A stretch of DNA of 64,000 bases from Pavona decussata (Eukaryota): NCBI GenBank assembly GCA_977016875.1, contig CDRNST010000049.1, forward strand, positions 3,968,001 to 4,032,000. The letters are read 5' to 3'. The position numbers and the translations under genes are program-made. Below, in pieces: positions 45,201-64,000 of this stretch; the first letter of the stretch is position 1, and the number at the start of each line of letters is the position of its first letter. The notes under the pieces were generated by a model that was given only the letters and a program-made list of their open reading frames with translations, was not told the DNA's origin and searched no databases.

Positions 45201-46705
45201 GTGCCGTACAGAACTGACTCCTCGTTGCCATCAATTCTGAAACAGTTTGGCTGAGAGAAAATGACTGAAATGCACGACATTTCTCGGTGAATATTCTAAA
45301 AACACAAGAACAAAGTTTGTAAACATTGTGTCGTATGTTACTTTATTGCTGTCAAACGACGAATAATTTTGGTTTAAATTACTTGCAAGTTAGACAAATT
45401 AAAAAAATAACCACCGATCTCTCTTTTATTTAGTAAAGCTGGTAGCGTGAGCTACTTACTCAAACTCCCCAAGAATTCAGAAAGTGAAAAGAATCTGTAC
45501 AGTATTTCTTGAAAGTGTTTAGTTTCAAGGGAAATGACGGAATTCACATTGTATATTAAATGCCTCTCTCGGGAGGTAGACCGCAGTTTGAATAAAAACT
45601 TCATTCCATATTTTGTCTTCTGCTTTACTCTTTTCACATCCTATCAAAATAGTTGATTGTTCCAAAAATTCTCATCAAAGTAGTCGTGTTGTCGAGATAA
45701 CAAACAAAGTGCTTGTGCCCGTATTTGTATCCACCCCACTGGATGTCAATCAGTGGCATATGTCAATTGTTTGATTCCCCTGGGAAACATTGACAGCTGT
45801 TCACCGACACTCGACCTCACTCAATAGCTCACCACAGGCGAGCCATGATTGGTCAGTTGTTGTGTTGTGTCGATAGCCGGTAAATTAGTTTTATGACGCA
45901 GACTATTGATAACTTAATGACGTCTCTTTGACAGGCGGAGACGAATCAGAGTCCTTTGCGCGCCGCTGTAGTGTTCGCATACAGGCTTGGCAGCTGGTGA
46001 ATAAGTGGCCGAGTGAACAGACCGCGTTATCTTCAAACCCGTCATAATCTTCGCACGTCCTCTAAAACCTTCGACAATTACTCCTAAAGTATTCTTCATC
46101 ATCTAGGGAGTGTGTAGGTATAAATTGTGTTGATATTTGATCAGTGGATTCTTCATATTCAACCGTTAAGTTTAAAGTGTTCCTGGTGATTGGGCCGACA
46201 TGTTCTGTCGACCACAGCCAGCTTCCGCAAGGGGGCCGCCGACAAGAAGAAAAAAATTAGAGATGGTGTTTTCACGAGCGGAAACGCTTACTCAACTAAA
46301 GGGGATGTTGTTGATGAGAATTGGAGTCTGCTACCAGTCGCAAGTTACTAGTACACAGAGGAAAACGGAAAGATGTCTCAAGGCGGCTCTACAGGCCGCC
46401 ATGATAAGTGTGTCACTGCCCTTTTAATTAAATCGCTCATAGATTTATTACGTGCTCTCTTTTCAGCTTCTCCATCTTGATCTGTGAGTCACTCGTAGTT
46501 CGAGTAACATGTATATGCAGTGTAACCCTAAGGACCCCTAAATCGCTCACAGTTCCGTCTGATCCCGGCCGACTGTCTGTCCGTGCGCCAACTTTTCGAT
46601 GTCTCGGGTGTTAATGTACGATTCCCTACCATTTAGGGCTGTGACCAGATTTACTGATTAACTCATCTGCCGCTGAATTTCCAGGTTACCTACATCGTGT
46701 TAGTG

Positions 46706-57745
<11,040 letters not shown>

Positions 57746-58604
57746 CATGAGTAGCTGAGTAATAAATCGACAAAGAGAGCCCCCGAATGAAGTAAACCCT
57801 TTTCCCCTAAGTGTACAGATTTAATTAAATCTATATTAAAAAACAAAAGACTGTAAAACGAAGCGCTCCGCAAGAAAATGATGCTAAAAGGTGTCGTCCA
57901 CATTCGAGATTCAAAAGTCACTTCGTAATAAACTTGACCGAGTAATGCTAAATAGCTTTTATTTGAATGGCCACTCTTAAGGATTTTATCCACAGACCGA
58001 ACCTTAGAACCAACCCTTACAGCGTAATAAATGGCATCACAGAAAAGTACTTCTCCAGCAGTAGCTTATATTTGGATATTTCTATATCAGACCGTCTTAA
58101 ACGATTAGAACCAGCTCATCTGATAGGGCCTAATAACAAGATTCGTGTCATGACTAAAGCTATGAAACACTAAGGGGTGGGGAGGGGGGGAGGTTGGGGG
58201 TAAAGGGTTTGAGTAGCTCATATTTATTTATATTTCGTATGTACAGTATTCAATATTTTCCTTAGCCAGAAGATAACCGCCAAAATAATAGATAACTAAC
58301 CTAAATAGGAGTACGAAGAAACTTTTTACTACTGAGGAAAAAATAGCACGGGACAAACTAAGGCGGATTACCAACGACGGACTTGAAAAATTTCTGAGAC
58401 CCCATCCACACTTATCCGCATAAATTTGAAAAGGCATCTTTTTTTAGCCGGATTAATCTGGACATGCAAGGCGTTATCCACTCTTTTGTTGTGGTTGTTG
58501 TTCTTCTGCCAAAGAATTCACCTCCTTCAGATTTTAAGACTTTCATGAGCGCTTCTTCCAAAATATCCATTTTATTTTCAGTGGTTGAAAGCGCGGCGGT
58601 TTTA

Positions 58605-58922
58605 GGCTATGGCTACACTATACCGGATAGCTCTTGTGTCGGCACCAAACACATATCGGAAAGGGCTTTCGTTCACACACGAAGCGCCGATTTCGGATCG
58701 ATTTTTGTGGCGGAGCGATGCTGCGCTGCTTCGGTCTTGAAAGTGAATCGTCACATGTCAGATAGGATTTCGTGACACTTTCTTGAGTATTGTGAACACG
58801 AGGAGTGAGAATTGGATTCTAGTGGAAAGATGGAGGCGGTTTTGAGCAACTTCTTTTCACACCAGCCCGGAGTATTTTTCACAAGGGCATAAAATGCTAT
58901 CCAGCATAGTGTTGACGTAGCC
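58605..58922. mobile_element. Harbinger-type MITE, copy 2 (longer internal version)
   Basis: GGCTATGGCTACACTATACCGGATAGC ... GCTATCCAGCATAGTGTTGACGTAGCC; shares TTCTAGTGGAAAGATGGAGGCGGTTTTG with copy 1. Confidence 0.85.
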
Positions 58923-61113
58923 TAATACATAGGCTCGATTTCCGCCGCACCCTCGGGTCCGGCTTTCTCATTTTCCCGAACAGCGGCTGGTAATCGAGCC
59001 TACCTTATACAGGAACTCAGAATTATGATCTGTTATATCTTATAGTCTTTAGTTTTATACTTTATAGTCTTTCCCAAAGTCCCTCATTTTTCTGTCTTCC
59101 TGAGGTACCGTAGTTCCGTGCTCACCTAGAACACTGTTATCTTTTTTTGCCTTGCTTTAGTCTTGTTTGTCTGTTCCTTTTGCTTGTCAAGAAAACAACC
59201 TGAGTTTGATTCGTGGACAAGTCCATACCTAATACTATTATTTACAGTAATAACTTTATTTTTTGTTGTCGCTAGATTTATATTAAGTACAGCAATGTCT
59301 TTTTTTTATTTGATATGTATTAGCATCACCAATTAACTCAAGGAGCTAAATACATTCATGCGACAGAAAAAAGATCATCATCATCATTATCATCAGTGAG
59401 TCAATAGAATTAAAATGAACGAAAGAGTACAGTAACGGAAATTCTTAAAAAAACTGGACATTGTTGTAAACTAACTACGTATTCTTTAACGATGTTTTGT
59501 TAGTTGCTGCCTAAATTTCTTTTTGTTTCGAGTCTGAGAAGATGTGTTGAGGTAATAATGATAATAACATGCAATGTTTAGATGCTGTAAGCAGAAAGTA
59601 GATGTTAACAAATCTTGGGAATGAAACATTACTGTCGCAAAATCAGTTTCTTGTGCCCAGGAAATTACCCTAAGAAGAGTTCGTCATACACTACAGGCTA
59701 CGTTTAATGAACATGAAGGGTCTTGGTTAAGGAGCTTTCTGTTGTTAAAATAAAGTTGTAATAAATGTATATAATAAAAGTTATTAATATCTCAGTAATA
59801 AATTTGAATGAAAGAAAATGACTTGGAATAAAACAGAATTAACAAAAGACCAAGTAGAACATACAGTTATTAACTTCTATGGAACCGAATGGTTTTTATT
59901 TAATGACGGTTATAATTCGCCTTAGTCCCTTAACTATTCTACGACTTCAGGCCTTTTTAATGTGGCACTTTAAAGGATTTTGAAAAAAAAATGTGGGATT
60001 TCCGAAACATTCTGATTTGTGTGACACAGATCGCCTTCCTCTGGCGCACCGTCTGAAAACACATTTCCACATAAAAGTTAACTAGCTGTGGTTAATGTTG
60101 ACTCGTGGATTAAACAGCTATAGTTACACCCGTATTTTAGAGTCCTAAAGGGTAAATGTACCCCTTTAATACGAAATTCACTGTGACCTAAATTCTTGTC
60201 ATGCCCTAGTGTCACACCATGCCTAACTTGTGTGGCAGGCGAGTTGGTGAGGTTATCTTCATTCGCTCTCGTCACAAGTTTCGCGGGGTCAAACAAGCGT
60301 TTGCAGAGCAGGCTTCGCCATCTCATACATCGAGCAACCTCACTGAGAAAGAAATGAAGAAATAGTTTTAAAACTAAATGGTCGAGAAGGTGGCAGGCTG
60401 ACAATAAATTGTAAACAGAGAACGACTTTTTTTCGTCATGTTAAAATACTATCGTAAATTACAATGAGTACATAAAACTGCACTTATATATCTAAGAGAG
60501 TGATATGTTTATTAACATTAAATACTTACATGTAATTGAATTGCAATACTTTGTCAAACTGAAGACCGTTTTCGTTGGAGCCAATTAGGCGACGCGACTT
60601 CGTCGCTTGTCTGTCACTCTTTCGGCGCATAAGAAGACGACTTGGGCCAAGTCTAATTACTTACTAACAATAATATATGCGGAAAGAGGTGTTACGTGTT
60701 ACACGGACAAAGGGATATTAACATGTTTAACTTGCTGATTGAGAATAACCTTTTCCCATTAAATGTGCATTACTTGCTTCAGTTTGTGTTCGAAATTAGT
60801 TCAGACAGAGTCTGTAACAGTAAAGCAATGCGACGTACACACAGCGCTACAAGCCACTGGATTTTCAAGATGTTTTATGATGTGCGAGTTTATGTCCGAG
60901 TACAGGAGCTGACGGGTGCACGTGGAAATGTGGAAAGGTGCCACGAAGAGAACTCGTGAGGACCATGACAAACTGGAAAAAGAACGCTTGGAGGGGAGGA
61001 GGAGGACTCTGAACATTTATTACTTTCTTGAGCAAGGACTACGAAACTTTGGGACTTTTTCAGAAATGCTCATTGAATTTGACGTAACCATGGCAACCAA
61101 ATTTTGACTGGCA

Positions 61114-61360
61114 CTCAACACTCAAGCGGACTCAACCCGCGCAAAACTCTTTGTCAATTTAATTTACATGAACATTTTCTCACTCCATTTCTGCATATAT
61201 AAATACCACTTCAATTCTCCACACTTGACAAGGATGACATGAAGTCGTCCAAACGTCGTGTAACGTTTTCATCGCTTATTTTCCTTGTAAAATGCTTTTC
61301 GAAATAGATCCTTATTATAAGTTTTTCAAAGATTGTATATTCCCGTTCTACAGCAACCAA
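61114..61360 (+). mobile_element. Penelope-like retroelement 3' end with variant minimal hammerhead (61221-61261)
   Basis: Peptide LNTQADSTRAKLFV resembles the GIY-YIG C-terminus of cnidarian Penelope ORFs (from recognition). It is followed by ACAC TTGACAA gGATGAC-atgaa-GTCGTC cAAAC GTC GTGT, a hammerhead fold with a U3-A8 core and ACGT palindromic stem III. Confidence 0.6.
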
Positions 61361-61959
61361 TAACACGCGACCTTGCGCTTTCAAGAGGGTCCGAATGGGG
61401 GCACCTCGATAACACTAAATACTTAATGTTTTAGTCTTTTGTAAAATGAAACAGTTAAATTTCAGGCATTTTACAACTAACAGAAATAAATTCACTGTAA
61501 CAGTTAATTTTAGCCAGAAAGAAACAAAAACGGCTCCAAAAAGGCCAATATTATTTTGTTTGGTATACCAATAAGTTTTCTGCCATTTTCCGACGATTTG
61601 CGATCATTTCGGAAGATTTCCAAAGACTACCGAAGATTCCCGAAGACTGCCAAAGACTTTCGAGGAGAAATCCGAAAATTTTCCACCATCTTTCGTCGTT
61701 ATATTCACATGTAAAAGATATACTTTTACAGTATAAAGATACGATTTTTTCAGTGAGAGAAATCCTTGTAATTCAATTTCCAACTCAAACTGAAGGAAGC
61801 AGTGCACAGCGGGAAAAGCCTATTCTAATCTTTTTGTTCTGTGATTGTCCGTGTAACACATCATTCCGTATGTACCATTGTTAGTTATTTGCCTCAAGTC
61901 GCCGTCTGCACCGAAGGAGATTCGTATAACCACAATGTTCAAAATATTTTGTCACAGTG

Positions 61960-62038
61960 CATTCTCGACTCCAGAGCTCTTCCCTTTTGCGCTTGTCGTA
62001 TGACGTAGTTAAGCCGAGAGGCTCTGGGGTCGAGAATG
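61960..62038. mobile_element. Mini-MITE with ~9-bp TSD
   Basis: GTCACAGTG | CATTCTCGACTCCAGAGC ... GCTCTGGGGTCGAGAATG | ATCACAGTA. Confidence 0.7.
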
Positions 62039-64000
62039 ATCACAGTACTACCCATGTGCGGCGGTCTGCAACCTCACGCATGCGTCACAAGTAAAAACGG
62101 GGACAAAACATGAAAAGCAGCCAGTCGGGAATTATTTTGGAGGAGACAAGACTTAGCTCAGCCGACTTGTGTTGGGTAACCTATATGTCAAACTAACCCG
62201 CGAATAGATAGCTTCATTAAAATTAATAACGTGATCGGGTCATCGCATCACAAGTTCAAAAGAAATCACTTAAAACCGACGACGCCATGAAAATGGTTCG
62301 TTTTACGTTGATGCAATAAATTATTCAGGCTTTCTTTCGTTCAGTAAAACAAACTTTAAACACCGGTTTTCCATCAGGCGTTTGTGGTTTGCTTGCCTTT
62401 CCGTTACACTCCCCAAAGAACTTTTGTTCTCGTGCTAGATACTCGCTCGGTTTCTGGCCTCACAGACTAAGTAACAGTCCGTATTTTTGGTGTTTGTCCG
62501 TCGTTCGAACGTACGGGACTCGAGCGAGAAAATAGAAGGTGAATGGATGGAAATTCTCGCGCGCATAAATCCACAGCCGCTGAGGCGCTTCCCTCCTCGC
62601 GAGTTTGCGCTTTTGCCGGGCGATTCGCATCTTCCTCCGTGAATTTAAACAGACCATTTTGCACCGCCTCATTGGCGTCACCAGATTTTGTTACTTTTCA
62701 ATGTTTATTATGTATTTTAGGTTTTAACGCAAACCAAAACATGCAATCTAGCGCTTGTGGTACACGGCTTCTTTAATATTTCAAAATAGTTTGGTTATTT
62801 TAAAAATGTTTACAAAGAATTTGGAAGGCGGTTAGTGTGATTTTGAAAACAAAGAAAGATCTAATGGGTTATGAAAATTAAACGAGGAACATGGGTGGGT
62901 GTATGCATCTTTTCCCCTATTTTATTTTTCTAAAAAGAGCATTTCTCTTTCACAAACATTCGACTATAAACGCTCCCCCTCCAACTTGCGTCTTTTATTT
63001 TATTTCTGAGCATTATTCACATTATAATAAGAACAAAAATACCGAGTAATAATAATATCAGCAAACCTCGACCTCTGGCCTTTTAAACTGAAATGATTAA
63101 ACAAATTTTGCGCTACAAAAGTTTATCGTAACATTATATCAAGATTTCTAAGCGTTGCATGGTGATTTTGTAAAAAAAAATTGGTCAGGAAATTCTAAAC
63201 AACTAAGACGTCATCTTCTAGTATTTTGCGTTTTCCTCGATCATCCATTACAGTGATTTCAATTTTAATGCTGATTAATTGTGCGATAAATCAGTTTCGT
63301 GTAAGAAATAGTGGCGCACTTTGTACCACGCTGGTAAATAAATAATAAGAAGCGATGGAGAGGCAATTTAGAAATTGTTTAGTATATGACGTCCAAACTC
63401 TACTCTGTGATGCACCTGCGGCGCTTACCGCCATAGCTTCGAAGCAGAGATTTTTATGCTTGTCTCAGAATCTTCACTTTCCCATTAGGAATAAGCTACG
63501 ATGTTTGCAAATGTTCCTCGCCAGTGGGTTTTTTAATCTACAAACTGTTTTACATGGAAATATTTTGGTGCTCTATAGACAAAACGGGCGACCAAGCAAT
63601 AAAATATTTATGTCGCATTGCCCTTGATTGAATGTTTTCATAGCCTAATGATTGGTTTCACAATTTCAAATCATTTGCGATCGAAATGTGTTGATCCTGC
63701 CCATCCCACACTGCTCGGTGTCAATATATTTATGCTCTATTCATTCAAATTAGGTCTCCTCTGCTCTCAATAATAGCAGCGGGTGTTTAAAAAACAAACT
63801 CAGAGCCGATACAAGTCGATTCCTTTTGCAGGTCAAGTTCAAAACTTTAGAACTATTAACACCGGAAGCTTGAATATCTAATTCTCAACTTCAAACTTAC
63901 CTAACATTAAAGTTTAATTAGCAACACCATTTAGCTGATAAAACCAAGGAAAACATTATCGTACGATACCAAAAAAAAGGAAAAAGAAAATCACAAAGTT

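Noticed and set aside
46523-46645. TAACCCTAA followed by CCCTAAAT/ATTTAGGG and TCACAG/CTGTGA, suggesting a telomerase RNA template and pseudoknot
   Set aside because: The two helices have no linker on the 3' side, so they are sterically exclusive. No U-rich/A-rich triple-helix strands or H/ACA domain, and it lies in the UBE2E-B leader.

Overview
Eukaryotic, intron-rich, AT-rich animal DNA. The repeat families look like those of stony corals (Scleractinia); this is inference from recognition, not a database search. Four complete spliced genes were reconstructed by hand from GT-AG sites and exon phases: (1) a 12-exon DDHD1/PA-PLA1-type phospholipase (+, 1660-13673, 767 aa); (2) a convergent 3-exon secreted FGF (-, 17840-16224, 214 aa); (3, 4) two head-to-head UBE2E-class ubiquitin-conjugating enzyme paralogues (-, 42282-34037; +, 46706-57745). 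Both UBE2E copies encode 188 aa with identical exon lengths and show patchy near-identity suggestive of gene conversion. Between the genes lie many MITEs (several nested), a deleted PIF/Harbinger-group transposon, a cluster of three degenerate hammerhead-ribozyme (retrozyme-like) repeats at 31.3-31.9 kb, and a Penelope-like 3' end with a variant hammerhead. The UBE2E introns also carry two unexplained, strongly base-paired segments of about 280-300 nt.
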